This document shows positions 37,812 through 49,205 of a DNA stretch of 64,000 nt, in pieces (positions within the stretch are counted from its first letter, which is position 1; the number at the start of each line of letters is the position of its first letter). The stretch lies in the NCBI GenBank assembly GCA_963559385.1, contig CAUWKK010000003.1, positions 29,958 through 93,957 of the forward strand, given 5' to 3'. A program made the position numbers and the translations under genes. Origin of the DNA: an uncultured Schaedlerella sp. (lineage in GTDB: Bacteria; Bacillota; Clostridia; Lachnospirales; Lachnospiraceae). The notes below the pieces were generated by a model. It saw only the letters and a program-made list of their open reading frames with translations, made no database searches and was not told the DNA's origin.

Positions 37812-38579
37812 ATGGATAATAGATTGAATTTTACCGAAGAAAATGCAGAGAATGAGAGTGTGGGATTGAGTTATCGTACACCGATTTATCTTCAGCTTAG
37901 GGAAATTATCAGAAATCGAATAGAAGAGGGGGAATATCTCCCCGGAACGGCGATCCCATCCGAAAATAAATTGGCAGAGACGTATGGGATTAACAGACTG
38001 ACTGTTCGGAATGCAGTGGATACGCTGGTCAATGAGGGTGTTTTGAGACGTGTTCAGGGAAAAGGCGTATTTGTTGTTGGTGATAAGTATGAAGAAAATT
38101 TAGAGGAGCATGGGGGCTTTGTCAATGTGATGTCTTCCGGCACAAAAAGGGTGTCTGTAAAAGAGCAGGCAAAAGTATATAGACCGGCAGGGAATAAGTA
38201 TGCAAATTATTTTAATATTGAACCGGATGATTTAATCTTTTGTGTGCGTCACCAAATAGCTTTGGACAGTGAACCGTTGGCGATTGAAGATATCTATGTG
38301 CCGAAGGAGGTTCTGCCGGAGCTGGAAGTGGTGAATTCGTCGGTTTTTGCGATAAAAGATATTTTTGCATTTTATGGAATAGAACTTTCCAGTGTGCAGC
38401 AGACAATGGAGATCATAGAGGGAACAGGCAAGATTAAAAAGCTTTTGGATCTTCCGGAAGGGGTTGCATTGATCATGCTGAGTTGTGATTATTGGGACAG
38501 CAATGGGAGACCGATTGCATATAGCCGTTCTTTTATCAGAAGCGACAGGAGTTCGTTTACCATTCATCTTCATGAATAG
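37812..38579 (+). CDS. GntR/HutC-family transcriptional regulator (UTRA effector domain)
   Basis: AIPSENKLAETYGINRLTVRNAVDTLVNEGVLRRVQGKGVFV. Confidence 0.9.
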   Translation: MDNRLNFTEENAENESVGLSYRTPIYLQLREIIRNRIEEGEYLPGTAIPSENKLAETYGINRLTVRNAVDTLVNEGVLRRVQGKGVFVVGDKYEENLEEHGGFVNVMSSGTKRVSVKEQAKVYRPAGNKYANYFNIEPDDLIFCVRHQIALDSEPLAIEDIYVPKEVLPELEVVNSSVFAIKDIFAFYGIELSSVQQTMEIIEGTGKIKKLLDLPEGVALIMLSCDYWDSNGRPIAYSRSFIRSDRSSFTIHLHE

Positions 38580-38591
38580 AAGAAGAGATGA

Positions 38592-38638
38592 AAAAGTGCA
38601 GCGGAAGAGTTTGGCGAGACTCATTCTGCTGCACTTTT
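38592..38638. terminator. Bidirectional terminator
   Basis: 11-bp stem AAAAGTGCAGC / GCTGCACTTTT. Confidence 0.85.
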
Positions 38639-38690
38639 GATTGGTATAAATAGTTGTCACATAGTCTTTGCAAAAAACAAGCTGCGAAAA

Positions 38691-40220
38691 CTAGTCTGCT
38701 AAACGATGCATCAAGCTTACGGTTGCGGGATAAAGAGAATCATAAATATCCTGATACTTTTTGTATGCTTCATGATTTTCTTTGTTAGGATGATAAGTTT
38801 TTCCGGGTTTTATGAAATTAGTTAGTTTGTTGAAAGATTCAAATCCGGGATATTTGATCCCTGATGCGGCCATCAAGGCATCTCCAAAGCTTGCGCCCAC
38901 GGTAATAGCAGGTGTGCTGATCTCTTTGCCGGTAACATCTGCAACAATCTGCATCCAGAAGTCGTTTTTCACACCGCCTCCTACGGCAAAAATTTGATCG
39001 ATCGGGACATTATGATCAAGCATGATCTTTAATTGTTGATTTACGGAGTAAGCTACAGATTCTAAAGCACTCCGATACATATGCCGGCGCGTGTGCGCAA
39101 GTGTTAATCCGAACAGGATTCCCTTGGCAAGAGGATCGTTTATTGGTGTTCGTTCACCGGCGAAATACGGAAGTGTGATGAGTCCGTCGCTTCCGGCAGG
39201 AATTTTCTCAAGATCTTTCATCATTGTGCTGTATGCGTCAGGACCGCCTTCTTTTTCCAGTTGAAGTGCGTCCGGAAAGATCGTATCTCTGTACCATTTG
39301 GTAAGAGAGCCGGCTGCATTGGTTCCTGCAGAGATATCACAAAGTCCGGGAACAATAAATTCCTCGCGCCACAAACGTTCATCGTCAATCAATTCTTTTG
39401 TGCCAAGAATCATATAAACAGAAGAACCGAATTGAATCATCATTTTACCGGGGGCAACAACCCCTGTGCTGATTGCTTCTGCGCCGGAATCGTCTGTGCC
39501 TACAATGACAGGAGTGCCGACGGCAAGACCTGTTTCTTTTGCGGCAGCTTCCGTTACATAACCGGCGATGTCGTTGGCCTCTTTTACTTCTGCCAGTTGA
39601 TCGGGGCGGCAGATCGGTCTGCAGGTTTCAGGGTTGGGGGTTCCGTCATTAAAATAGAGCGGATTAAAGCTTGCAAGCCCTAAAAAGCGGTCTACTACAT
39701 AATTTCCGGTGAGCTTTGCGGCTATAAAGCTTGAACCGGTTAAAAACTTGTGAGTTTTTGTATATATTTCCGGTTCCTTGTTTTTGATCCAAAGAATCTT
39801 TGGCATTACATCGCTGGAGCATAGAGGGCGTCCGTACCACTGGCGAATTTGCTCTTCTCCGTACATTTCCGTGAGCTGTTTCATTTCATCTGTCGCACGT
39901 GCATCGATACCATATAGAATCGCCTTGCGAAGAGGACGACATTGATCGTCCACCGGCAGGCAGTCGGCGCCGAGTGCGCTTGTTCCGATTGCTTTGATAT
40001 CGTCCGGGGAAACCTTGGATTTTTCAATCAGTGCATTGCTGATGATGCACAAATCCCCCCACCAGTCTTTGGCGGCATCATGTTCGTAGTGACCGGGGGC
40101 CGGATTTGTCATTGCGTGTTCGGTTGCGTGTTCGGCAATAATTTCTCCGTGAGAATTGATCAGCACGCCTTTACTGGAATTTGTTCCTGTATCAATTCCC
40201 ATAAAATAAGACTCTTTCAT
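38691..40220 (-). CDS. FGGY-family carbohydrate kinase (xylulokinase/glycerol-kinase-like)
   Basis: GIDTGTNSSKG phosphate-1 motif and a C-terminal FGGY_C pattern (AVGGGVKNDFWMQI). Start at 40220 behind AGGAAAGGAG. Confidence 0.88.
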   Translation of the reverse strand: MKESYFMGIDTGTNSSKGVLINSHGEIIAEHATEHAMTNPAPGHYEHDAAKDWWGDLCIISNALIEKSKVSPDDIKAIGTSALGADCLPVDDQCRPLRKAILYGIDARATDEMKQLTEMYGEEQIRQWYGRPLCSSDVMPKILWIKNKEPEIYTKTHKFLTGSSFIAAKLTGNYVVDRFLGLASFNPLYFNDGTPNPETCRPICRPDQLAEVKEANDIAGYVTEAAAKETGLAVGTPVIVGTDDSGAEAISTGVVAPGKMMIQFGSSVYMILGTKELIDDERLWREEFIVPGLCDISAGTNAAGSLTKWYRDTIFPDALQLEKEGGPDAYSTMMKDLEKIPAGSDGLITLPYFAGERTPINDPLAKGILFGLTLAHTRRHMYRSALESVAYSVNQQLKIMLDHNVPIDQIFAVGGGVKNDFWMQIVADVTGKEISTPAITVGASFGDALMAASGIKYPGFESFNKLTNFIKPGKTYHPNKENHEAYKKYQDIYDSLYPATVSLMHRLAD

Positions 40221-40289
40221 AATAAAAGTACTCCTTTCCTGAAGAAGATATAGGTTGTTACAAATGGACGATAAAATCACAATATGCGT

Positions 40290-41843
40290 CTATTCTTGAT
40301 GATATACGATTTGCCCGTTCACGAATGTTGTGTTGACTTTGCGTGAACGAATCTCATCCATGGCAGTTTCGAACAGATTTCCGTCAAACACGACAATATC
40401 AGCTTTTTTTCCTTTCTCCAATGTACCAAGTTCTTCTTCCTGATATAGATTATATGCGCCGCCGGCGCTCCATGCAGTCAGTAATTCCGGAAGAGTCAGC
40501 ATGTTTTGCTTGTTGAAAGGCTCGCCGCCTTCAGGGAAATATCCGCCGACAGCGTGATAAATAGATTCTGGAATATCATCGATGAGAAGCGGAAGGTCGG
40601 TTCCGCAGCTCAGCAATACGTTGCTGTCAGCCATTTTGCGTCTGTTCCAATAATATTGTCCGCGTTCCATGCCGATTTTTTCTTCGATCATGGCAAGCTT
40701 GTTTTCTCGATTGGCAATGGATTGGATCTGCGGATAGATTTCGGCGATCACACCCAGTTTTCCCATGCGTTCCAGATCATCCGGATCGCTGAATTCCAGA
40801 TCTGTGATACTGTGGCGGTTTACAAGCTTTCCGTTTTCATCTCGTTTACAAGTTTCATAAATGTCTAATACTTTTGAAATAGCGGCATCTCCCTGAGCGT
40901 GCAATGAGAAACGGAAGTCTTCTGCATCCGCTTTCCGCGCATCATTCCCCAGAAGCTCCCAGTTAATATCCTGAGCGCAGGTTGTATCGGCACAGGAATA
41001 AGGAGTTTTCAGATCACCGCAAAGTTCGCTTATGGAACCGTCAGTCATTTGGTTATAGCCGGAAAAACGAACGAATTCCCCTTTGAATTTTTCGCGCATT
41101 TCTTTTCCGTATGTGAGGTTTAAGGGGGCGGCAACAGGCTGACTCATAAAGTTTACGCGGACTGTTAAAGCGTTTTCAGCCTCTAATTCTGCAAGGATGT
41201 CAGTAAAACCATAAAAATTGTCAAAGCCCATTTCCTTTATAGAAGTAACTCCTTTGCTATTCATCATTTTGATGTAACGTTTAAATTCCGGAAGGATAAA
41301 CTCTTTGTCGCCCAGTAAGTCAGGTAAGAAACGAACATAACTCTCAGGGTAGCAGGTTTCAGGAGTAAATTGGTAGCGATCCATAGCGATCCGGTTCATC
41401 CAGCAAGTTTCACATCCATCTGCAAACAGAAGAACCGGTCGGTCAGGAAATGATTCATCCAACAAAGCTGTGCTCTGAGGGTGGATGATTTCCGGATTCC
41501 AACCATGTCCAAGCACCGGTTTCTCAGACGGTAGCTCCCGGGCATATTCTTTGATGACATTTAGGATTTCTTCTTGAGAAGAAGCGGCTGATAAGTCGAT
41601 TCCAACAAATCCGACAGAATAACCTGTGAAAAAGCAGTGGACATCTGAGAAGCCGGGAGTAATGGTTTGGTTCCCGTAATCAAGATATTTCGTGTTTGCA
41701 TTTACTAGTTCGGACGGAACCGAGCCCTTTCCGACAGAAAGGATCCGATCGTTTTTGACAGCGATATATCCTGAAATGGGTGTTTCTTCTGTGGCTGTAA
41801 AAATACAGCTTGATAATAAAATGAGATCTGCGTATTCAGACAT
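40290..41843 (-). CDS. Amidohydrolase-3 (YtcJ-like) family protein with a degenerate N-terminal HxH motif
   Basis: TPGFSDVHCFF sits where PGFIDxHxH is expected. Later ligands are present (SLHAQGDAA, GTDLPL), as is the C-terminal KKADIVVFDGNLF. Confidence 0.8.
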   Translation of the reverse strand: MSEYADLILLSSCIFTATEETPISGYIAVKNDRILSVGKGSVPSELVNANTKYLDYGNQTITPGFSDVHCFFTGYSVGFVGIDLSAASSQEEILNVIKEYARELPSEKPVLGHGWNPEIIHPQSTALLDESFPDRPVLLFADGCETCWMNRIAMDRYQFTPETCYPESYVRFLPDLLGDKEFILPEFKRYIKMMNSKGVTSIKEMGFDNFYGFTDILAELEAENALTVRVNFMSQPVAAPLNLTYGKEMREKFKGEFVRFSGYNQMTDGSISELCGDLKTPYSCADTTCAQDINWELLGNDARKADAEDFRFSLHAQGDAAISKVLDIYETCKRDENGKLVNRHSITDLEFSDPDDLERMGKLGVIAEIYPQIQSIANRENKLAMIEEKIGMERGQYYWNRRKMADSNVLLSCGTDLPLLIDDIPESIYHAVGGYFPEGGEPFNKQNMLTLPELLTAWSAGGAYNLYQEEELGTLEKGKKADIVVFDGNLFETAMDEIRSRKVNTTFVNGQIVYHQE

Positions 41844-41968
41844 TGTTTTTAAACCTCCTGATTTTGTTAATTGTTGTTTTATATTAGGAAAAAATAATCA
41901 TTTGAAAATATTTATTACGAGAGTAAAAATGAGAAAATATCAAATAACAGGTATGACATTAGATGAGG

Positions 41969-42004
41969 CAGACATCCGGTATATGTGTCGGAACCGGATG
42001 TCTG
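41969..42004. other. Strong hairpin inside the 545-bp divergent intergenic region
   Basis: CAGACATCCGG (41969-41979) pairs with CCGGATGTCTG (41994-42004), an 11-bp stem with a 14-nt loop and no clear U tract. Confidence 0.4.
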
Positions 42005-42388
42005 TGCTTTAATGAATAAAAGTCATCGAAGTGTTCTTGCAGATATTGCACACTATCTACTGAACACTTATAATCTATCATAATGTAGAAAGTGTTGACA
42101 ATTGGACGGATAACTAAAAAGTAAGCATCAAAATAAGTGCATCTGATGAAACCGGCATGAATACATATTAAAAATAAACAGGTATACACATAATGCATAA
42201 AATACAGAGGGTCGGTGGATGATAATTTGGTTAAAATTATATAATTGGTGTAAATGTTTTTGTGTACGTGATGTGGTTATGGGAATTTATACATTTTTTA
42301 TATTTGAATTTTAGGTCTCTTGCGAATAGAAAAATGGTATGGAATTGTTATATAATTTCTTTAACAAAAGCAAAAGGAGGACAAGATA

Positions 42389-43225
42389 ATGTTAAAAGTC
42401 GGAATGTTTACATCAGGATATCAACGCAATCCGTTGGAACATTGTTTTATGGACGCCAAAGAGTATGGGTATGATTATATCGAGCTTTGGGGAGGACGTC
42501 CGCATGCATATGCACCGGATTTGAAAGCAGGAGATATCAATGAGGTGCGCCGATTGATTGAAAAGTATGAAATGCCGGTCATCGGGTACACACCGGAGCA
42601 CAATGCCTATCCGTACAATTATATGATTGGTTCGGAAGCACAGAGAAGAGATGCTCTTGATTATCTGAAGATATCTCTTGAGATGGCAAAAGAAATGGGG
42701 GCAGAGTTTGTGCTTACAAGTCCTGCAAATGGAGGGTATCTTGCTACATATGATGAATTGTGGGGGAGACTGGAAAAAAATATCCGAGAGTTGGGGGATT
42801 ATGCTGCGAAGCTGGAAGTCAAGCTTGTAGTTGAGGCTTTAACGCCATATGAATCTAATTTCTTTACAAGGGCAAATGATTTGGTGGAGTTATTTAGAAG
42901 AGTGGACAATCCATACGTGGTTGGTATGTGCGATATTGTTCCGCCGTTTGTACAGCATGAAAGTATTATGGCATATTTTGATAAACTCGGAGATAAGATG
43001 GATCATATGCATATTATTGACGGAGAAAATGGTTCGGATACGCATATGATACCGGGGGAAGGAAATATTCCGATCAAGGAAATGTTATATGAAATGAAGC
43101 GGATCGGTTATGATAAAACCGCAACACTTGAATTGGTTACAAATTATATAAATGAACCACGGTTTTATGCGAAGCGTGCTATCGACAATATGCGGGAGTT
43201 AATGGCGCAGGCAGGGATTGAGTGA
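42389..43225 (+). CDS. Sugar isomerase/epimerase, xylose isomerase-like TIM barrel (FrlC/psicose-epimerase-like)
   Basis: YDYIELWGGRPHAY and conserved E/D/H/E metal positions. Sits beside frl-like genes. Confidence 0.82.
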   Translation: MLKVGMFTSGYQRNPLEHCFMDAKEYGYDYIELWGGRPHAYAPDLKAGDINEVRRLIEKYEMPVIGYTPEHNAYPYNYMIGSEAQRRDALDYLKISLEMAKEMGAEFVLTSPANGGYLATYDELWGRLEKNIRELGDYAAKLEVKLVVEALTPYESNFFTRANDLVELFRRVDNPYVVGMCDIVPPFVQHESIMAYFDKLGDKMDHMHIIDGENGSDTHMIPGEGNIPIKEMLYEMKRIGYDKTATLELVTNYINEPRFYAKRAIDNMRELMAQAGIE

Positions 43226-43376
43226 GAAATATAAGAGAAAATAATAAAGAATAATAGGTTTTTCCGGGATTTTGTGACAGCGGAGTCGGACTGCTGTTTA
43301 CAATATGAAAAACATCGAAGACGATAGGCAACTGAAAGAGAAAGGAAAAGGCGTGCACAAGTCTTTTCGATCATAA

Positions 43377-44756
<1,380 letters not shown>

Positions 44757-44795
44757 TCGCTGAGTTTCAGCAATTAGAAAAAAGGTGATAGCTGT

Positions 44796-45548
44796 ATGGA
44801 GAAGATGAAAAAAATCCGTCCGCAGGATATGGCGATGGAGCAGATCGAATGGTATATAAAAGAGAAGCAATTGAAACCACATGCAAAGCTTCCGAGTGAG
44901 AGGGAAATGTGTGCAATGTGGCAGATGAATCGATCCACGCTCCATGCAGCTATCCAACAATTGGTTGAAGAAAGAAAATTATATAGTATAAAAGGATCCG
45001 GAACCTACGTGGCACCTTTGCGTTTAGTAAGGGACATTCGAGTGGTTCAATCCACCTCAGCGGCAATGCGGAAAACAGGATATTTTCTGTGGACAGAAGT
45101 GCTGATATCGAAAATCGAGCTGTGTGACGAGTACATTGCAAGAAAACTCCGAATAAAAGAGCGGGACAAAGTATTTCATTTGTACCGATTGCGGATCAGA
45201 AACAATGTTCCTTTGATGATCGAGAATAGTTATATTAATTATGAACAGTGTGCGGGGGTGGAAACGCATGATTTTGCAGAAGAATCTCTTTATAAGGTGT
45301 TGGAGGATTCGGGGATATTGTTGACGAAAGGGTCAGAAAAGATTGGGATTACGTTTGCTACAGAGGAAGAAGCCAGATTGTTAAAGGTAGAAGAAGGGCA
45401 GTATTTGTATTACCAGTCAGGCGTCGTAAATGATATGGCAGGAGAAAGCATAGAATTTTTCCGAATTATGGCGAGACCGGATCAGGTACAGTATACGAAT
45501 GTTCTAATGAGAACAGAGACCGGATCAGAAAGGAGCGATACTGTATGA
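44796..45548 (+). CDS. GntR/HutC-family regulator (FrlR-like by context)
   Basis: KLPSEREMCAMWQMNRSTLHAAIQQLVEERKLYSIKGSGTYV. Confidence 0.88.
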   Translation: MEKMKKIRPQDMAMEQIEWYIKEKQLKPHAKLPSEREMCAMWQMNRSTLHAAIQQLVEERKLYSIKGSGTYVAPLRLVRDIRVVQSTSAAMRKTGYFLWTEVLISKIELCDEYIARKLRIKERDKVFHLYRLRIRNNVPLMIENSYINYEQCAGVETHDFAEESLYKVLEDSGILLTKGSEKIGITFATEEEARLLKVEEGQYLYYQSGVVNDMAGESIEFFRIMARPDQVQYTNVLMRTETGSERSDTV

Positions 45549-46339
45549 GATTGGCGGCAGTTGGAAGCAATTGTGTTGATTATTATAACAATATTGACGG
45601 CGGGAAGGCATTCCCGGGCGGCGGGCCGGTGAATATGGCAGTTTATACAATCCGTTTGGGAGGAGAAGCTGCGTATATCGGACCTGTAGGCGATGATGCC
45701 TATGGTCAGATTATGATAGAAACAATGAAAGAAAAAGGTGTCGATACCTCACATCTTCGTGTGGAAAAAGGGAAAACAGCTGTTACTCAGGTAGAACTGA
45801 AAGACGGAGAAAGAGTGTTTGGGGATTACGACGAAGGAGTATTGGAGAACTACAAACTTACAGACGAAGATATTGAGTATATCAAAAATTTTGATGTTGT
45901 GATCTGTGATGTTTGGGGAAAGGTAGAAGGGCAGTTTAAAGAACTGAAAGAAAAGGGGATTGTTACTGCATTTGATTGTGCAACAAGTCCGGATTCGGAG
46001 GAAAGTGCAAGGGCTATACCGTACACAGATTATCTTTTCTATTCGGTAGATACCGGAGATACGAAAGAAGTAAGAAAGCAAATGGAAGAGATTCAAAAGC
46101 AGGGTCCTAAGCTTGTTATTTGTATGATGGGAGAAGAAGGCAGCCTGTGTTATGATGGGGAAACCTATCATAGATTTGGAATCGTTCCGTGTGATCAGCT
46201 TGTAGACAGCATGGGGGCGGGAGACAGTTATATCGCCGGATTTTTAACCGGAATGGTAGAAGGTCTTTCAATAGAAGCTGCGATGGAAAAAGGTGCGGCA
46301 AATGCAACAGAAACATTAAAGTATTTTGGAGCATGGTAA
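45545..46339 (+). CDS. frlD: Fructoselysine 6-kinase-like PfkB kinase, paralog 2
   Basis: VGSNCVDYY N-terminus, TAVTQVELKDGERVFGDYDEGV, GAGDSYIAGFL, and a C-terminal YFGAW, as I recall for E. coli FrlD. ATGA overlap with the upstream regulator gene. Confidence 0.75.
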   Translation: MRLAAVGSNCVDYYNNIDGGKAFPGGGPVNMAVYTIRLGGEAAYIGPVGDDAYGQIMIETMKEKGVDTSHLRVEKGKTAVTQVELKDGERVFGDYDEGVLENYKLTDEDIEYIKNFDVVICDVWGKVEGQFKELKEKGIVTAFDCATSPDSEESARAIPYTDYLFYSVDTGDTKEVRKQMEEIQKQGPKLVICMMGEEGSLCYDGETYHRFGIVPCDQLVDSMGAGDSYIAGFLTGMVEGLSIEAAMEKGAANATETLKYFGAW

Positions 46340-46361
46340 GAAAAAGGTAAGGAGCCGGAAT

Positions 46362-47087
46362 ATGAAAACTGCCTGTAAAAAGATGATTGCTCAGCAGGTG
46401 GGCGAGATTTTACGAACAGAAATAGAAGACGGAGAGCTGTATCCGGGAACAAAAATACCCTCAGATACGGAGTTGGCGGAAATGTTCGGCGTTCAGAAAC
46501 AAATTGTGCGGACAGCCATTGACGTATTAGTGAAAGAGGGAATGTTGAAATATATTTCTGACAAGGAAGTATATGTTTTGGGACGCAAGATTGAACGAAA
46601 TATGGAAAGATTAGAAGGCTTTACGCAGACGATGTTGGACAGAAATATGAAACCGTCGTTTAAAATCGTGTCTAAGTATTTGAGACGGGCAGGGAATCTG
46701 TATGGAGATATGTTTGACATTGAACCGGAAGAAGCTATTTTTTATATGAAGCGTTTGTGCTATGCGGACGGAGATCCTATTTCGCTGGAAGAACTGTACA
46801 TTCCGCATTATTTGATCCCAAAAATGGAGGGGATCGACTTGTCCGTGTTTTCTGTATATGAGGTGTATGAAATGTATGGGATTCATCTGGCAAAAGCGGA
46901 ACAGACATTGGACTTGGTTCGCCCCAGCTTGAGTGATGCGAAAATATTAGGAATAGAGGCGGGAACACCGGTGATGCTGTTTCAAAGTCTTACGTATGAT
47001 ATGGATGGAAGGACGATTGAGTTCAATCGCAATTATGTACGTGGTGACAAATGTAACTTTAATGTAAAATTTTCAGACAGCAGGTAA
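46362..47087 (+). CDS. GntR/HutC-family regulator
   Basis: KIPSDTELAEMFGVQKQIVRTAIDVLVKEGML. Start at 46362 behind AAGGAG. Confidence 0.88.
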   Translation: MKTACKKMIAQQVGEILRTEIEDGELYPGTKIPSDTELAEMFGVQKQIVRTAIDVLVKEGMLKYISDKEVYVLGRKIERNMERLEGFTQTMLDRNMKPSFKIVSKYLRRAGNLYGDMFDIEPEEAIFYMKRLCYADGDPISLEELYIPHYLIPKMEGIDLSVFSVYEVYEMYGIHLAKAEQTLDLVRPSLSDAKILGIEAGTPVMLFQSLTYDMDGRTIEFNRNYVRGDKCNFNVKFSDSR

Positions 47088-47093
47088 AAGATA

Positions 47094-47894
47094 ATGGGAT
47101 TATTTACAGGGGATTTTTATTCAGGAGAATTAAAAATGACCACGCGGATCAATGTCATATTTCCGGATGTTTCCAATGATGTGACGCCGCTTTATGAAGG
47201 GACACCGAAAGTGTTGTATCTGCTTCATGGTCTGGCAGGAAACTGTGATGAATGGATTCGGTTTTCTAAAATTGAGTATTATGCGAAAAAATATAATTTA
47301 ATCGTAATCATGCCTGAAGTTCAGCGGAGTTTCTATACTTCGGGCAGCGTGGGGATTGATTATTTTCATTATGTTGCAGATGAGCTTCCGGCTATTTGTG
47401 GGAAATGGTTTCATCTGGATCAGAGACGTGAAAATACATTTATAGCAGGCGAGAGTATGGGTGGATACGGAGCAGTGAAGATTGCTTTGAACAGACCTGA
47501 ACGGTATGGAGCAGTGGCAAGCTTGTCAGGAGTACTTGATTATGCCGGCTTTGCAGAAATGGTACTTATGGGAAGATGGGAAGATATGTCTCCGCAGGAG
47601 ATACGGAGCTTCCATGGAGAATCAGGAAAGCCGGAAGAGTGGGAAAATCCGCTGGTTTTGGTAGAAAAACTTGCGAAAGATGAAAAACGTCCAAGATTGA
47701 TCCAGTTTTGCGGAACAGAGGATTTTCTGTATGAGAATAATCAAAGATTTAAACAGATTGCTGAAAAATGTGGTTATGGACATGTGTATATGGAGGGTCC
47801 GGGAGATCATGAATGGCCGTATTGGGACAAAATGATTCAACGTGCGATTCAGTTTTTCTTAAATCTGGATGTAAAGACAACGATATTGTATTAA
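47094..47894 (+). CDS. Esterase-family protein (EstA / S-formylglutathione hydrolase-like alpha/beta hydrolase)
   Basis: LYLLHGLAGN and the nucleophile elbow GESMGGYGA. Confidence 0.85.
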   Translation: MGLFTGDFYSGELKMTTRINVIFPDVSNDVTPLYEGTPKVLYLLHGLAGNCDEWIRFSKIEYYAKKYNLIVIMPEVQRSFYTSGSVGIDYFHYVADELPAICGKWFHLDQRRENTFIAGESMGGYGAVKIALNRPERYGAVASLSGVLDYAGFAEMVLMGRWEDMSPQEIRSFHGESGKPEEWENPLVLVEKLAKDEKRPRLIQFCGTEDFLYENNQRFKQIAEKCGYGHVYMEGPGDHEWPYWDKMIQRAIQFFLNLDVKTTILY

Positions 47895-47922
47895 TGAAAC
47901 GTTTTGAAAGGAGATTAAGAAT

Positions 47923-48987
47923 ATGAAATATGAGGCAAAAGCATGGAAAGAAACGACAGGGGCCTGCTTGCGCAATTTTAATGAACAGGCACAGATTGAC
48001 AGCGTAAACGGAGCGCTTGCTCTTCGTCCGCAGATTGAAAAAGTAGTTGATCAGATCTGGGAGGAAGGCTTTGACGGGATTTATTTTATTGGTATCGGAG
48101 GAACTTATGCCTCTAGCATGCAGGTCGAGGTGTATATGCGCGGACGTTCGAAGCTTCCGGTATTTGTTGAAAATGCAGCGGAGTTTCTTACAACAGGAAA
48201 TAAAAGGTTTACAGATAAATCGATTGTGATCATATCTTCGGTTTCCGGAAATACGAAAGAAATGGTCGAGTTGGTTGATCGTGTACATGAAATTGGTGCA
48301 AAGGTATTTTCCTTCATCGATAATCCGGGGACGATTCTTACGCAGCCGGACAAGCAAGATTATCTGATCGTATACCCAATGAATGAACAATTGAAATTTT
48401 ATATGGTAGCAAATTACTTGATGTACAAAAACGGTGAGTTTGAGGAATATGACCGTTATAATAAAGAAATGGAAATGTATCTTGCTGATGCATTGGTTCA
48501 AGTTGAGAAAGATTCGGACGAGTGGGCATATGAATATGCAAAAAATAAGGTAGCGTTCTGGAAAGAGCATAAAGATCTTCCGCATTATTTTATTGGTTCA
48601 GGTAATCAATATGGAGCAACGTATTCTTATGCAATGTGTTATTGGGAAGAGCAGATGTGGATTCGTACAAAATCTATTAGTTGTCAGGAATTTTTCCATG
48701 GCATGCAGGAGATAATTGTGGAGGATACACCGGTTACGCTGTTTGTGGGAGAAGATGAACAGAGACCATTAGCCGAGCGGGTTGCCAGATTCCTTCCGCG
48801 TGTAAATGCAAACTATACAATTATTGATACAAAAGAGCATGAATTAAAAGGGATCAGTGCGGAGTTCAGAGGAACAATTTCTCATTTGGTAATGCATGGA
48901 GTGAATAACCGTGTAGATGCTTATATGGAATTGTTTTTGAGACATCCGCTTTCTATACGCAGATATTATCGTCAGTTTGATTATTAA
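47923..48987 (+). CDS. frlB: Double-SIS-domain protein, fructoselysine-6-phosphate deglycase (FrlB)-like
   Basis: SIS motifs IGIGGTYAS and SVSGNTKE. The C-terminal RRYYRQFDY resembles the FrlB C-terminus as I recall it. Confidence 0.7.
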   Translation: MKYEAKAWKETTGACLRNFNEQAQIDSVNGALALRPQIEKVVDQIWEEGFDGIYFIGIGGTYASSMQVEVYMRGRSKLPVFVENAAEFLTTGNKRFTDKSIVIISSVSGNTKEMVELVDRVHEIGAKVFSFIDNPGTILTQPDKQDYLIVYPMNEQLKFYMVANYLMYKNGEFEEYDRYNKEMEMYLADALVQVEKDSDEWAYEYAKNKVAFWKEHKDLPHYFIGSGNQYGATYSYAMCYWEEQMWIRTKSISCQEFFHGMQEIIVEDTPVTLFVGEDEQRPLAERVARFLPRVNANYTIIDTKEHELKGISAEFRGTISHLVMHGVNNRVDAYMELFLRHPLSIRRYYRQFDY

Positions 48988-49016
48988 GAAATAAAAGCTT
49001 AGACGCAGATAAAATG

Positions 49017-49062
49017 AAAAGGCAGTATAAAAGGCATAGATGCTTTTTACGCTGCCTTTTTC
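49017..49062 (+). terminator. Rho-independent terminator after the frlB-like gene
   Basis: AAAAGGCAG ... CTGCCTTTTT. Confidence 0.8.
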
Positions 49063-49121
49063 TGTTCTTTACAGATGTGTTTTGGATTTAGAAAACTGTA
49101 GATGTTTTTGAAAATAAGCTA

Positions 49122-49149
49122 TTGACACATAATGAACAGGTGATATAAT
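49122..49149 (+). promoter_or_regulatory. Near-consensus sigma-A promoter of BtpA/SgcQ operon B
   Basis: TTGACA (49122-49127), 16-nt spacer, TGaTATAAT (TATAAT at 49144-49149). Confidence 0.75.
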
Positions 49150-49205
49150 TATATTATAAAATATGTATTAAAAAATAAGAAGTTGTTTAGTAGAGGGAGA
49201 GAAAA

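Noticed and set aside
47749-48585. A 278-aa minus-strand ORF, the longest unassigned ORF in the track.
   Set aside because: It lies entirely antisense to the well-supported esterase and FrlB-like genes. Its composition is Phe/Ile/Cys/Arg-rich with no RBS or motifs. This is a typical shadow ORF.
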